From Clostridia bacterium (lineage in GTDB: Bacteria; Bacillota; Clostridia; Oscillospirales; CAG-272): a stretch of DNA of 63,653 nucleotides. The notes under the pieces are model-generated. The model ran no database searches, was not told where the DNA came from, and worked only from the letters and a program-made list of their open reading frames with translations. The translations under genes were made by a program, and so were the position numbers. Positions 37,540-48,174 of the stretch are shown here, in pieces (the stretch's first letter is position 1; every line of letters starts with the position of its first letter). Where the stretch lies: NCBI GenBank assembly GCA_017452475.1, contig JAFTMJ010000003.1:1-63653 (forward strand), in the 5' to 3' direction.

Positions 37540-38913
37540 ATGGACAAAATGTGGGCAGGAAGATTTGAAAAGGCTTTGGACAAGCAGGCTGACGATTTTA
37601 ACTCTTCCATTCATTTCGACAGTAAAATGTATAAGCAGGACATTCGCGGCTCGCTTGAGCATGCGCTTATGCTTTGCTCCTGCGGAATTTTAAACCAAAC
37701 CGAATATGAAAGGATTACCGAGGGTCTTAACTCAATTCTTGAGGACTTGAACAGCGGTAAGCTCGCATTTGATATGGATGCTGAGGACATTCATATGTTT
37801 GTGGAGGCAGAGCTGACAAAAAGGATTGGGGACTACGGCAAGAAGCTGCACACCGCAAGGAGCCGTAACGACCAGGTGGCATTAGACCTTCGCCTATATA
37901 TGCGTGACGAGGCAAACAAAATAATTGACCTTTTGCACACCCTTGTGGAAACAGTAAAGGACAAGGCGGCAGAAAATCAGGATGCGATTATGCCGGGCTA
38001 CACCCACCTTCAAAGGGCGCAGCCAATCACCTTTGCACAGCATCTTCTTGCATACTGTATGATGCTTTTGCGTGATATTACAAGGGTTAAGGATGCGGTG
38101 AAAAGAATGAATTATTCGCCTCTTGGCTCCTGCGCCTTGGCAGGCACAACCTACCCAACAAACAGGGATATGGTGGCAGAAAGCCTTGGGTTTGACGGCG
38201 TTTGTATGAACTCTATTGACGGTGTTTCCGACAGGGACTACTGCATTGAGTTAGAAAGCGCCTTTGCAACTATTATGATGCACCTGTCCCGTTTTTCCGA
38301 GGAAATTATCCTTTGGTCAAGCTGGGAGTTTAAGTTTGTGGAGCTTGATGATTCCTATACAACAGGCTCATCAATTATGCCGCAAAAGAAAAACCCCGAT
38401 ATGGCGGAGCTTGTGCGCGGTAAGACAGGCAGGGTTTACGGTGACTTGATGGCAACCTTAACAATGCTTAAGGGCATCCCACTTGCATATAACAAGGATA
38501 TGCAGGAGGACAAGGAGGCTATCTTTGACGCCACCGAAACGGTTATTAAGTGCTTACAGGTGTTCATTCCTATGGTTAAGACAATGACACCCATTAAGGA
38601 AAATATGTATAAGGCGGCAGGCAAGGGCTTTATTAACGCAACCGACTTAGCCGACTACTTGACAAAAAAGGGTATGCCCTTTAGGTCTGCCTACAAAATC
38701 GTTGGCACTATCGTTGGCGAGTGCATTAAAAATGACATTACCCTTGACCAAATGGAGCTATCCGCTTATAAAAAGCACTCTGATTTGTTTGAGGAGGATT
38801 TATATAATGAAATCTCTCTTGAAAGCTGTGTGGCAAAGAGAATTTCCAAGGGCTCCACAGGCTATGATTCTGTTAAGGAGCAGCTTGCATACGTGGAGGA
38901 GCAATTGAAATGA
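37540..38913 (+). CDS. argH: Argininosuccinate lyase
   Basis: MWAGRF, HTARSRNDQ, PGYTHLQRAQP, GSSIMPQKKNPD. Confidence 0.97.
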   Translation: MDKMWAGRFEKALDKQADDFNSSIHFDSKMYKQDIRGSLEHALMLCSCGILNQTEYERITEGLNSILEDLNSGKLAFDMDAEDIHMFVEAELTKRIGDYGKKLHTARSRNDQVALDLRLYMRDEANKIIDLLHTLVETVKDKAAENQDAIMPGYTHLQRAQPITFAQHLLAYCMMLLRDITRVKDAVKRMNYSPLGSCALAGTTYPTNRDMVAESLGFDGVCMNSIDGVSDRDYCIELESAFATIMMHLSRFSEEIILWSSWEFKFVELDDSYTTGSSIMPQKKNPDMAELVRGKTGRVYGDLMATLTMLKGIPLAYNKDMQEDKEAIFDATETVIKCLQVFIPMVKTMTPIKENMYKAAGKGFINATDLADYLTKKGMPFRSAYKIVGTIVGECIKNDITLDQMELSAYKKHSDLFEEDLYNEISLESCVAKRISKGSTGYDSVKEQLAYVEEQLK

Positions 38914-39839
38914 AAAAGGTGTTCATAGACGGCAAGGCCGGTACAACAGGCTTGCGCATTGAGGAAAGGCTTTCTCAAAGAGATGATATAGAGATTGTTA
39001 CCATCCCCGAGGAATTAAGGAAGGACCCGCAGGCGAAAAAGGAGATTTTAAACTCCGTTGACGTAGCCTTCCTTTGCTTGCCCGACCAGGCAGCAATTGA
39101 GTCTGTTAGCTTAATTGAAAATCCAAACGTGGTTGTTATAGACACGTCCACCGCCCACAGGACAAACCCTGCTTGGGCATATGGTTTTCCCGAGCTTGGC
39201 GTTGAGTTTGAGGAAAAAATCAAAAACAGTAAAAGGATAGCGGTGCCGGGCTGTCACGCAAGCGGCTTTATCGCCCTTGTTTACCCTCTTGTTAAAAACG
39301 GCATCATTTCAGCAGACACATTGCTCACCGCCACATCATTAACAGGGTATAGCGGCGGAGGCAAAAAAATGATTGCGGACTATGAATGCGATGAGCTTGA
39401 TATGCTTCTTCAAGGCCCAAGACAATACGCCTTGACCCAAAAGCACAAGCATTTGCCCGAGATGCTAAATGTAACAGGGCTTAAAAATGCGCCTGTGTTC
39501 TGCCCGATTGTTGGCACCTTCTATTCGGGTATGGAGGTTACCGTGCCTCTGTTTAAAAGCCAGCTTTTGAAGGGCGGCATTGATGAAATACGTGAGCTTT
39601 ACAAAAGCACATATAACAGTAAGATAGTACACTATGCGGAAAACGCGGATGAGGGCGGCTTTTTGTCCGCTGTGGCATTAGAGGGTAAGGACTTTATGCA
39701 AATCGAGGTTTACGGCAACGAGGACAGGATATTGCTGGTTGCAAGATATGATAACCTTGGCAAGGGCGCTTCAGGTGCCGCAGTTGAGTGCTTGAACATT
39801 GTTTTAGGCACGGACAAAACAAAAACTCTTGAATTATAA
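38910..39839 (+). CDS. argC: N-acetyl-gamma-glutamyl-phosphate reductase (short form)
   Basis: IDGKAGTTGL, IAVPGCHA, TGYSGGG, DNLGKGASG. Confidence 0.95.
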   Translation: MKKVFIDGKAGTTGLRIEERLSQRDDIEIVTIPEELRKDPQAKKEILNSVDVAFLCLPDQAAIESVSLIENPNVVVIDTSTAHRTNPAWAYGFPELGVEFEEKIKNSKRIAVPGCHASGFIALVYPLVKNGIISADTLLTATSLTGYSGGGKKMIADYECDELDMLLQGPRQYALTQKHKHLPEMLNVTGLKNAPVFCPIVGTFYSGMEVTVPLFKSQLLKGGIDEIRELYKSTYNSKIVHYAENADEGGFLSAVALEGKDFMQIEVYGNEDRILLVARYDNLGKGASGAAVECLNIVLGTDKTKTLEL

Positions 39840-39871
39840 TTTGAAAAAGGGAGCTTTCCCAAGGAGCGAAT

Positions 39872-41083
39872 ATGAAGATTATTGAAGGTGGCGTTTGCGC
39901 CGCGCAGGGCTTTTCTGCCTCTGGTATCCATTGCGGTATCCGCAAGAACAAAAGTAAGCGTGATTTGGCTCTTATTTACTCTGATGTAAAGGCAAGCTGC
40001 GCTTCCGTATACACAACAAACAAGGTTAAGGGCGCGCCCTTGACCGTTACTAAAAATAATATTAGCGACGGCTACGCACAGGCGGTTATATGCAACAGCG
40101 GCAATGCCAACACCTGTAATGCAAACGGCATCAAGGTGGCGGAGAACACCTGCGCATTAATTGCCGAAGCGCTTAAAATCAACCCAAAGGATGTGGTTGT
40201 TGCCTCCACAGGCGTTATCGGTCAGCCTCTTGATATCACTCCGATTAAGGAGGGTATACCAAGCCTTGTTGCCTCTCTTGGAAACAACAGTGAGGAGGCG
40301 GCTGAGGGTATTATGACAACTGATACACGCCTAAAGCAAATCGCTGTCAGCTTTGAAATTGGCGGTGTTGAATGTAAAATCGGCGGCATTGCCAAGGGCA
40401 GCGGTATGATACACCCTAATATGGCAACTATGCTTGTTTTCATCACGACAGACTGTAATATTTCTCCCGATATGCTCCAAAGGGCGCTTTCGGGTGACAT
40501 TAAAAACACTTTTAATATGGTTAGCGTTGATGGGGACACCTCAACAAACGATATGGTAACCGTTTTGGCAAACGGCAAGGCAGGAAATGATGAAATTAAG
40601 ACACAGGGTGAAGATTTTGACACCTTTATGAAGGCGCTTAACACCGTTACAGTATATCTTTGCCAAAGGATTGCCGCAGACGGTGAGGGTGCAACAAAGC
40701 TTCTTGAGTGCAGAGTTAGCGGCGCATATGATGAGGATAACGCAAAGGTAATTGCCAAGAGCGTTATTTGCTCATCTCTTGTAAAGGCGGCAATGTTTGG
40801 CTCGGATGCAAACTGGGGCCGTGTCCTATGCGCAATCGGATACAGCGGCGCAAATGTTGATGTTAACAAGGTGGATGTTTCCTTTAAGTCCTCAAAGGGT
40901 GAAATCATTGTTTGCCAAAATGGCGCAGGCGTTGATTTTTCCGAGGAAATTGCTAAGGAAATCTTGCTTGAAAACGAGATAACAATTAATGTTTGCTTAG
41001 GTGACGGTAACGGACAGGCAACTGCTTGGGGCTGTGACCTAACCTATGATTATGTAAAGATAAACGGAGATTATAGAACCTGA
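39872..41083 (+). CDS. argJ: Ornithine acetyltransferase/N-acetylglutamate synthase
   Basis: NSGNAN, ASTGVIG, KGSGMIHPNMATML, DTSTND, DGEGATK, NGDYRT. Confidence 0.96.
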   Translation: MKIIEGGVCAAQGFSASGIHCGIRKNKSKRDLALIYSDVKASCASVYTTNKVKGAPLTVTKNNISDGYAQAVICNSGNANTCNANGIKVAENTCALIAEALKINPKDVVVASTGVIGQPLDITPIKEGIPSLVASLGNNSEEAAEGIMTTDTRLKQIAVSFEIGGVECKIGGIAKGSGMIHPNMATMLVFITTDCNISPDMLQRALSGDIKNTFNMVSVDGDTSTNDMVTVLANGKAGNDEIKTQGEDFDTFMKALNTVTVYLCQRIAADGEGATKLLECRVSGAYDEDNAKVIAKSVICSSLVKAAMFGSDANWGRVLCAIGYSGANVDVNKVDVSFKSSKGEIIVCQNGAGVDFSEEIAKEILLENEITINVCLGDGNGQATAWGCDLTYDYVKINGDYRT

Positions 41084-41964
41084 TGGAAAATATGCCAATT
41101 AAAATTACAAATGCGCAAAGGGCGGAAATACTTACCCAAGCCCTCCCTTACATAAAGGAATATTACGGCAAGACTATCGTAATTAAATATGGCGGAAACG
41201 CAATGATTAACGAGCTTTTAAAGGAGCAGGTAATGGAGGATATTGTCCTTCTTCACCTAATCGGCGTTAATGTTGTTCTTGTTCACGGCGGCGGACCCGA
41301 GATTACCGATACACTTAAGAAAATCGGTAAGGAGTCCAAGTTTGTTGGGGGCTTGCGCGTAACAGACAAGGAAACCGTTGATGTTGTTCAAATGGTTTTG
41401 GCAGGTAAAATTAATAAGACCCTTGTTAACAAGCTTGAAATAAACGGCGGCAAGGCAATCGGAATTTCGGGCCTTGACGGACATATGATTAAGGCGGTAA
41501 TGAAAAACGAGGAGCTTGGCTATGTAGGCAAGATTACCGAGGTTGATGTTACCCCAATCAATGACTTGATTGAAAAGGGCTACATCCCCGTTGTTTCCAC
41601 CATCGGCTGTGATGAGTGCGGCAATGTATATAACATTAATGCAGATACCGCCGCTGCCTTTATAGCAGGCAATTTAAAGGCTGAAAGGCTCATTACAATG
41701 ACAGACATCGAGGGCATTTTAAAGGATAAGGATGACCCCCATTCTCTCATTCAAAAGATTGATATTAAGGGCTGCTATGAGCTTTTTGAAACAGGAGTTA
41801 TCGGCGGCGGAATGATACCAAAGGTTGAGTGCTGTATTGATGCAATCCGTAAGGGCGTTAAAACAGTTACCATTCTTGACGGTCGTGTGCCCCACGCCCT
41901 CCTTATTGAAACCTTAACAGATGAGGGCGCAGGTACAATGGTGGTAGAGGATTTGGACAAATGA
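41083..41964 (+). CDS. argB: Acetylglutamate kinase
   Basis: VIKYGGNAM, VHGGGP, NINAD, GGMIPK. Confidence 0.96.
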   Translation: MENMPIKITNAQRAEILTQALPYIKEYYGKTIVIKYGGNAMINELLKEQVMEDIVLLHLIGVNVVLVHGGGPEITDTLKKIGKESKFVGGLRVTDKETVDVVQMVLAGKINKTLVNKLEINGGKAIGISGLDGHMIKAVMKNEELGYVGKITEVDVTPINDLIEKGYIPVVSTIGCDECGNVYNINADTAAAFIAGNLKAERLITMTDIEGILKDKDDPHSLIQKIDIKGCYELFETGVIGGGMIPKVECCIDAIRKGVKTVTILDGRVPHALLIETLTDEGAGTMVVEDLDK

Positions 41965-43133
41965 GCATTAAGGAAAAGGATAAGGAATTTATAGCCAACA
42001 CCTACGCAAGGTTTGACCTTCAAATCACCCGCGGATGTGGCTCCTTGGTTTATGATGACAAGGGTAAGGAATATATTGATTTGTCAAGCGGAATTGCGGT
42101 TAATACCTTCGGTATGTGCGACCCTGTGTTTATAAATGCGGTTAATGAGCAGTTAAATAAGTGTCAGCACACATCTAATTTATATTATTCCGAGCCTTGC
42201 GTTAAGCTTGCAGAAATGCTCTGCACAAGGACAGGGGCGAAAAAGGTGTTCTTTGGTAATTCGGGCGCAGAGGCAAACGAATGTGCCATTAAGGTTGCCC
42301 GCCTTTGGGGCAGCCAAAACAAAGGAGAAAAGTATTATAACATTATCACCCTTAAAAATAGCTTCCACGGAAGAACAATTACCACTCTTGCGGCAACAGG
42401 GCAGGATGTTTTCCACGCATATTTCAATCCGTTAACCGAGGGCTTTTTGTACGGCGAGGCAAATAATGTTGACTCTATTGAAAAGCTTCTTTTGGAAAAC
42501 AAGTGCTGTGCAATAATGATGGAGCTTGTTCAAGGCGAGGGCGGAGTTATGGCGCTTAACCCGGATTTTGTGGGGGGAGTGTCTAAATTATGCGAAAAAT
42601 ACAATGTTCTTTTGCTAATTGACGAGGTTCAAACAGGCAACGGCAGGACAGGTAGTCTGTATGCATTCCAGCAGTACGGTATCACCCCGGATGTTGTAAC
42701 AACGGCAAAGGGTCTTGGCGGCGGCTTGCCAATTGGCGCTTGTATGATGTTTGGCAAAACCGAGGGCATCTTGGGCGCAGGCTTGCACGGCTCCACCTTC
42801 GGCGGCAATCCTGTTGCGTGTGCCGCAGGCGTTAGCATAATTGAAAGAATAGATGAGCCTCTTTTAAAAGAGGTTAGGGAAAAATCACAGTATGTTTTTG
42901 ATGAGCTTAGCGGAGCTGAGGGAATTAAGAGCGTTAGCGGCTTAGGCCTTATGATAGGCATTGAAACCGTGGCAGATGCGTCCCTCGTTATTTCCAAGTG
43001 TATGGAAAGGGGCTTGCTCCCAATCAAGGCGAAAAATAAGGTTAGGCTGTTGCCTCCCCTTAACATCCCCTTTGACCTTTTGAGAAAGGCTGTTAAGGTA
43101 TTTAAAGAGGTGGCAAAGGAGTGTGTACAATGA
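41961..43133 (+). CDS. argD: Acetylornithine aminotransferase
   Basis: [41 protein letters not shown]. Confidence 0.93.
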   Translation: MSIKEKDKEFIANTYARFDLQITRGCGSLVYDDKGKEYIDLSSGIAVNTFGMCDPVFINAVNEQLNKCQHTSNLYYSEPCVKLAEMLCTRTGAKKVFFGNSGAEANECAIKVARLWGSQNKGEKYYNIITLKNSFHGRTITTLAATGQDVFHAYFNPLTEGFLYGEANNVDSIEKLLLENKCCAIMMELVQGEGGVMALNPDFVGGVSKLCEKYNVLLLIDEVQTGNGRTGSLYAFQQYGITPDVVTTAKGLGGGLPIGACMMFGKTEGILGAGLHGSTFGGNPVACAAGVSIIERIDEPLLKEVREKSQYVFDELSGAEGIKSVSGLGLMIGIETVADASLVISKCMERGLLPIKAKNKVRLLPPLNIPFDLLRKAVKVFKEVAKECVQ

Positions 43134-44113
43134 ACTTAAAGGGCAGAGATTTTTTAAAGCTGCTTGACTTTACCCCCGAGGAAATCGGCGGTCTTATTGA
43201 TTTGGCGGCTGAGCTAAAGGATAAAAAGAAAAAGGGCGTTCCTCACGCAACCCTATGCGGCAAGAATATTGCGTTAATTTTTGAAAAAACAAGCACCCGT
43301 ACTCGTTGCAGCTTTGAGGTTGCCGCATACGATTTAGGTATGCACGCAACATATCTTGACCCCAAGGCATCGCAGATAGGTAAGAAGGAAAGCATTGCAG
43401 ACACCGCAAGGGTTTTGTCCTCTATCTATGACGGTATTGAGTACCGCGGTTACGGGCAGGAAATAGTTGAGGAGCTTGCAAAATACTCCAAGGTTCCTGT
43501 TTGGAACGGTCTTACAAACGAGTTCCACCCAACACAAATCTTAGCGGACTTTTTAACAATCAAGGAGCATTTCGGCAAGCTTAAGGGCATTAAGCTTGTT
43601 TATATGGGAGATGCAAGGTATAATATGGGCAACTCCTTAATGGTTGGATGCGCAAAAATGGGTCTTGACTTTGTGGCATGCGCGCCTAAAAAGTATTTCC
43701 CCGACCAAGCGTTAATCGAGAAGTGCCAAGCAATCGCCAAGGAAACAGGCGCAACCCTTTCCTTTGAGGAAAATCCCGATATAGCAGTTAAGAACGCAAA
43801 TGTTATCTACACAGATGTTTGGGTTTCAATGGGCGAGCCAACTGAGGTATGGCAGGAAAGAATTAATGACCTAAGCCCATATCAAGTTAACAAAGAGCTA
43901 ATGTCCAAGGCAGATAAAAACGCAGTATTTATGCACTGCCTCCCCGCATACCACGATATGAACACAGAGGTAGGCAAGGAAATGGGCGAGAGGTTCGGCA
44001 GGGTCGATATGGAGGTAACCGATGAGGTGTTCGAAAGCGAGCAATCAATCGTGTTCCAAGAGGCAGAGAACAGAATGCACACAATAAAGGCTACAATGCT
44101 TGCAACACTCTAA
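43130..44113 (+). CDS. argF: Ornithine carbamoyltransferase
   Basis: STRTR, HPTQ, WVSMG, HCLP. Confidence 0.95.
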   Translation: MNLKGRDFLKLLDFTPEEIGGLIDLAAELKDKKKKGVPHATLCGKNIALIFEKTSTRTRCSFEVAAYDLGMHATYLDPKASQIGKKESIADTARVLSSIYDGIEYRGYGQEIVEELAKYSKVPVWNGLTNEFHPTQILADFLTIKEHFGKLKGIKLVYMGDARYNMGNSLMVGCAKMGLDFVACAPKKYFPDQALIEKCQAIAKETGATLSFEENPDIAVKNANVIYTDVWVSMGEPTEVWQERINDLSPYQVNKELMSKADKNAVFMHCLPAYHDMNTEVGKEMGERFGRVDMEVTDEVFESEQSIVFQEAENRMHTIKATMLATL

Positions 44114-44165
44114 TGTTGCAAGTGTTTTGCCTTGATGGCATTTGCCAAAATAAAAAGGAGAAAAT

Positions 44166-44783
44166 ATGAAGTTCTTTTATTCCCCCAAGCAATTAATTGA
44201 GCTGATTAAAAACAGTAAAAAGTATGCCTCCTCAAAAAAGGAGATAATGACAAGGGAATGGTTCCTTTCCGAAAATGGCGAGCGCGCATATAATGAGGCA
44301 AACACTCCCACCAAGCGTCTAAGACTCTTTTTTGATTATTTCAAGGGCGTAGAAAGGGAAGTTCTTAAGCGAATTAAAAGCCAAGCCCAAGGCAAGGAAG
44401 CCTTTAAGGAGCTAATGGGAGGGGGTAAAACCTCCGCCGCCTTCAAAATGGCATATCTCCACGCCTTTGGAATTGAGGAAACAGACTTCTATTTTAGCAG
44501 CTATCCCGCAATTTTTGATGTAAGCAAAAACCCCTTCGCTAACTACTATTTGCAAAACGGCAGGTTTTCCGCCCCCGATCTTCTTGCAATCTTGAAAAAT
44601 GACAGCGCAAGGAGCTTTACAGACGGCACAAACAGACCGTACCTTAATTTGACCTACTGTCAAAACGGTCAGGCGAGTGAAATGTACAAGCTTGAACGCC
44701 TTATAATTACAATTGCGGAAATGGACAATGATGAAAATCTTGTGGCGCCGTTTATCCATCAATTTGATATGGAGATAAAATGA
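44166..44783 (+). CDS. Hypothetical protein
   Basis: 205-aa soluble ORF with AAGGAG RBS; no recognised family. Confidence 0.75.
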   Translation: MKFFYSPKQLIELIKNSKKYASSKKEIMTREWFLSENGERAYNEANTPTKRLRLFFDYFKGVEREVLKRIKSQAQGKEAFKELMGGGKTSAAFKMAYLHAFGIEETDFYFSSYPAIFDVSKNPFANYYLQNGRFSAPDLLAILKNDSARSFTDGTNRPYLNLTYCQNGQASEMYKLERLIITIAEMDNDENLVAPFIHQFDMEIK

Positions 44784-44784
44784 T

Positions 44785-45951
44785 ATGGACGAAAAGGAAA
44801 TAATTTGTAACAAGCTCCTAAAAACAAAGAGCTTATATGAAAAAAGCGAAGCCTTGCGTCAGCGCCTTGCGTCCTTCGGCTCTACCGAGGCATCAAATAG
44901 GCGCACGCTTTTGGATAATTCAAATGCAAGAAACAGAAAAATAGTAGAAGACGGCAAAAACAGAATGGCAAAAAGGCCAAAGCTTCCTGCTTGTACAGGG
45001 TCAATGCCTGTTCCACCCGACAAGCCCTTATTTAGCTCCCAAATTCAAATAATCGCTTGCGCCGTTTTAGGCTTGCTAACCTATGCAATGCTTATATTTT
45101 CTATTATTTTTGCCTTTTTGGTTGCGGTAAACATTTTTGAGGACCCGGAGCCTTACTTTGGACCCATGCGCACATTCTTTTTACTGTTCATAGGCGGCTT
45201 GGTGCTGTGGGGCTTTGTTGGTAAAAAAGTGGCGTACAATGCCGAGTATTATGAGAAAAATGAGCAATATAAAATAAAGGCTGATTTGTGGGAAAATGAG
45301 TTTGAAGCATCTATCGGTTATATAACAGGTAACGACTTTGTCAATGATTATCGCAAATTTGATGAGTCCTTTATCAATTTTGTGAAAACCACCGAGGAAA
45401 ACCTAAAGTACTCCTTTGCTCAGTACGGCAGGGATAAGAGTGACTTGGCAACAAACAGCGCCAGTGACAAAGCTCGCTTAAATGCAGAGTACGAAGCTAC
45501 TCTTAGGGAGCTTTCGAGTATTAATATGGTGGTTCCCGAGTACTATAAGTATGCAGGTCGGTTTTATGACGCCCTGCGGTGCGGACGGGCAGACTCCTTA
45601 AAGGAAGCGATTAACATAGTCCTTAACGATGTTCGCTTAGAGGAAGAGGAAAGTGCAAGAAGGGCAGAGGCAGCACGTCAAGCGGAAATTTTGCAAAGGC
45701 AGGCAGATGAAGCACGCAGGCACAATGCGGAAATGGAACGGGCGGCTAATGAGCAGGCAAGGGCGGCGGAAAAATCATATGATGAAGCTGCGCGCCACAA
45801 TCGTGAAATGGAGAAAAACGCATATAAACAGCAAAACAAAAGATATTCAAATGATATTTGCTTAAGATGTGCCAATTATGCTGGCAAGGGCGGCAGTTGC
45901 AACGGCGAATTCGTTAAACGCACAGGAACCTGCGGCTCATTCAGATCGTGA
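44785..45951 (+). CDS. Hypothetical 2-TM protein with coiled coil and C-terminal 4-Cys motif
   Basis: Two hydrophobic segments, GRADSLKEAIN, Ala/Glu/Arg coiled coil, C-x2-C-x8-C-x9-C tail. Confidence 0.75.
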   Translation: MDEKEIICNKLLKTKSLYEKSEALRQRLASFGSTEASNRRTLLDNSNARNRKIVEDGKNRMAKRPKLPACTGSMPVPPDKPLFSSQIQIIACAVLGLLTYAMLIFSIIFAFLVAVNIFEDPEPYFGPMRTFFLLFIGGLVLWGFVGKKVAYNAEYYEKNEQYKIKADLWENEFEASIGYITGNDFVNDYRKFDESFINFVKTTEENLKYSFAQYGRDKSDLATNSASDKARLNAEYEATLRELSSINMVVPEYYKYAGRFYDALRCGRADSLKEAINIVLNDVRLEEEESARRAEAARQAEILQRQADEARRHNAEMERAANEQARAAEKSYDEAARHNREMEKNAYKQQNKRYSNDICLRCANYAGKGGSCNGEFVKRTGTCGSFRS

Positions 45952-46096
45952 TTTTTATACAAGGTGAATAGTTTTACAAACAAAAATGTCCGTTAGGGCA
46001 TTTTTGTTTTATCTCAACCTTTGGTTTGGTTTTGAAACCGTGAGTTTGTTGACAAAAGTCCAAACAAATGGTAAACTAAAATAAAGAGGTGATATT

Positions 46097-46549
46097 ATGA
46101 AACGAGTATTAGCTATGGGCATACCGTATGCAATAAGCCTGTTGCTCACCCTTGTTTTAGGCTTTTTATTTACGGAAAGTATAGTATTTAATGTAGTTCC
46201 TATCATTGCTGCTGCCTTTATGACGCTTCAAATTGTGATTTTTTTGAACAGGGACTCAGCGAAAAACAGCAACATATCAAACGGCAACCTAAGTGATGAT
46301 GAGGCATATAGCCTTTTGAAAGCAGTTGCCTATACTACCGTTTTTACAATTCCTGTGCTGTTTCCGTTTGTGATATTCTTTAGCTTAACCGTAAAAACAA
46401 TTGTATCATCCTTATCGTGGGCTCTAAGCCTTGCAATAGGCTTCGTGGTGTTTAGAATAAAGCACGGGGGCGAAATTAAAAACAGAATAAGCAAGGAGGA
46501 AACAGAGCTTAAGGAGCAGCAAAAAAGAGAGGAGCAGGGTATAATTTAA
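46097..46549 (+). CDS. Hypothetical 4-TM membrane protein
   Basis: Hydrophobic 150-aa ORF, GAGGTG RBS, upstream TTGACA/TAAACT promoter-like pair. Confidence 0.75.
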   Translation: MKRVLAMGIPYAISLLLTLVLGFLFTESIVFNVVPIIAAAFMTLQIVIFLNRDSAKNSNISNGNLSDDEAYSLLKAVAYTTVFTIPVLFPFVIFFSLTVKTIVSSLSWALSLAIGFVVFRIKHGGEIKNRISKEETELKEQQKREEQGII

Positions 46550-46562
46550 CGCGAAGAATAAA

Positions 46563-46755
46563 TAATTATTTCTGTAGGCGTTGCAGTTGTTGTATGCCTG
46601 CTTGCGGTATTTATAGTAGTATACATAAATGTTAACTGTAATTACATTACTCTTTCGGGGGATTTAGACAACGGTTAAATATACTATCGTTGATGAAAAT
46701 GGCAGTATCATTTCCGAAAAAACATATACAAGAAAAACACTATATGGAGAAAATT
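46563..46755 (+). pseudogene. Possible decayed membrane-anchored protein gene
   Basis: Startless frame IIISVGVAVVVCLLAVFIVVYINVN...-stop, followed by KYTIVDENGSIISEKTYTRK in another frame. Confidence 0.3.
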
Positions 46756-46791
46756 AAAAAGATGGGAACCCCGGTTTCCATCTTTTTAATT
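46752..46791. terminator. Bidirectional terminator directly after the displaced rarA 3' copy
   Basis: AATTAAAAAGATGGGAACC-CC-GGTTTCCATCTTTTTAATT. Confidence 0.8.
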
Positions 46792-46986
46792 TATAATTTT
46801 TTACCCTTTATAGCTTCCCAATAGGCTTTTGCGGATTGCCATAGCCTCCCTCAGTGAGGGAGGGGGACCGCAACGCACAAACAAAAACCACCGCCTAAGC
46901 AAATTAAGCGGTGGAAGGAGTTGTAAGCTGTATAGTAGTTATAGCTTTTTGCCCTTGATAGCTTCCCAATAGGCTTTTGCGGATTG
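46791..46986 (-). repeat. 48-bp direct repeat of rarA 3' end (46791-46838 and 46939-46986) flanking a 100-bp hairpin element
   Basis: Both copies encode QSAKAYWEAIKGKKL-stop; 29-bp identical core (46810-46838 = 46958-46986); 4 synonymous differences. Confidence 0.92.
46839..46938. mobile_element. Non-autonomous REP/MITE-like hairpin element (candidate)
   Basis: CCTCCCTC-AGT-GAGGGAGG (46845-46863) and CCACCGC...GCGGTGG (46889-46915); GC-rich relative to flanks; bounded by direct repeat. Confidence 0.55.
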
Positions 46987-48174
46987 TTCGGTTTTATTGT
47001 TCCCAAATTCATAGTATTTTGCATTTTTTAAATCATCGGGCAAATACTGTTGCTCCACATAGTCATTGGGGTAATCGTGGGGGTACTTATAGCCTTTAAA
47101 CAATGGGGCAACCAAATGGATAGGCGTTTCTTGACCCTTGCCGTTTTTAATGTCCTCGCTTGCTTTTGCAATCGCTAAATATGCGGTGTTGGACTTCGGC
47201 GCGGTTGCCAGCATAATGGCGCAGTTAGCAAGAGGGATTCTTGCCTCGGGCAAGCCAAGCTCGCGGGCGCTTTGACATAATGCGTATGTAATTTGCGCCG
47301 CCTGTGGATAGGCAAGACCTATATCCTCACTTGCGATAACCTGTAGCCTCCTGCAGGCGGAAATTATATCTCCTCCCTCAAGCAGCCTTGCAAGGTAGAA
47401 AACCGCCGCGTCGGGGTCGGAGCCGCGGATTGATTTTTGCAAGCCTGAAAGGAGATTGTGATGTACATCACTGTCCCTGTCAAACATTCCTGCGGAAACA
47501 GAGGGTATAAACTCCCTTGCCACGCTTTCGGTGATTTCATCATCACTTGCAAAATAAGCACCCTCAAAAAGGGTAAGGGCGTGTCTTACATCACCGCCTG
47601 CGCAGGATGCCAAAAATTCAAGGGCATCATCTCCTGCTGTCTTACTTAAAGAGTTTTCCTCATTTAAAGCCGCCAAGGCTCTTTTAAGCACAGGCACAAT
47701 CTCCTTTGCGCTAATATGCTTAAACTCAAAAACGGAGCAGCGGGAAATAAGCGCATCGTAAATTGCAAAATAAGGGTTTTCGGTGGTGGATGCAATTAAT
47801 GTTACGCGGCCGTCCTCAATAAACTCAAGGAGAGATTGCTGTTGCTTTCTGTTAAAATACTGTATTTCATCAAGGTATAGCAAAATACCTTTAGAGGAAA
47901 AGACGGAATTTGCTTGGGCAATAACCTCCTTGATATCCGAAAGGGAGGCGGTGGTTGCGTTCAGCTTAAAAAGCTCCATACCTGAGTTTTTGGCAATAAT
48001 GTTTGCAACCGTTGTCTTGCCCGTGCCGGGAGGACCGAAAAATATCATATTGGAAATCCTGCCCGAGCTTATCATCCTTGTTATTACACCGCGAGCGGAA
48101 ACAAGGTGTGCCTGCCCTGCCACCTGCGAAAATGAGGAGGGACGGAGCAAATCTGCAATTGGCTTGTTGTTCAT
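46939..48174 (-). CDS. rarA: Replication-associated recombination protein A
   Basis: LRP..F..V.GQ.HL, FGPPGTGKTT, YLDEI, STTENP, QKSIRGSDPDA, ASEDIGLA, YKYPHDY. Confidence 0.95.
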   Translation of the reverse strand: MNNKPIADLLRPSSFSQVAGQAHLVSARGVITRMISSGRISNMIFFGPPGTGKTTVANIIAKNSGMELFKLNATTASLSDIKEVIAQANSVFSSKGILLYLDEIQYFNRKQQQSLLEFIEDGRVTLIASTTENPYFAIYDALISRCSVFEFKHISAKEIVPVLKRALAALNEENSLSKTAGDDALEFLASCAGGDVRHALTLFEGAYFASDDEITESVAREFIPSVSAGMFDRDSDVHHNLLSGLQKSIRGSDPDAAVFYLARLLEGGDIISACRRLQVIASEDIGLAYPQAAQITYALCQSARELGLPEARIPLANCAIMLATAPKSNTAYLAIAKASEDIKNGKGQETPIHLVAPLFKGYKYPHDYPNDYVEQQYLPDDLKNAKYYEFGNNKTEQSAKAYWEAIKGKKL

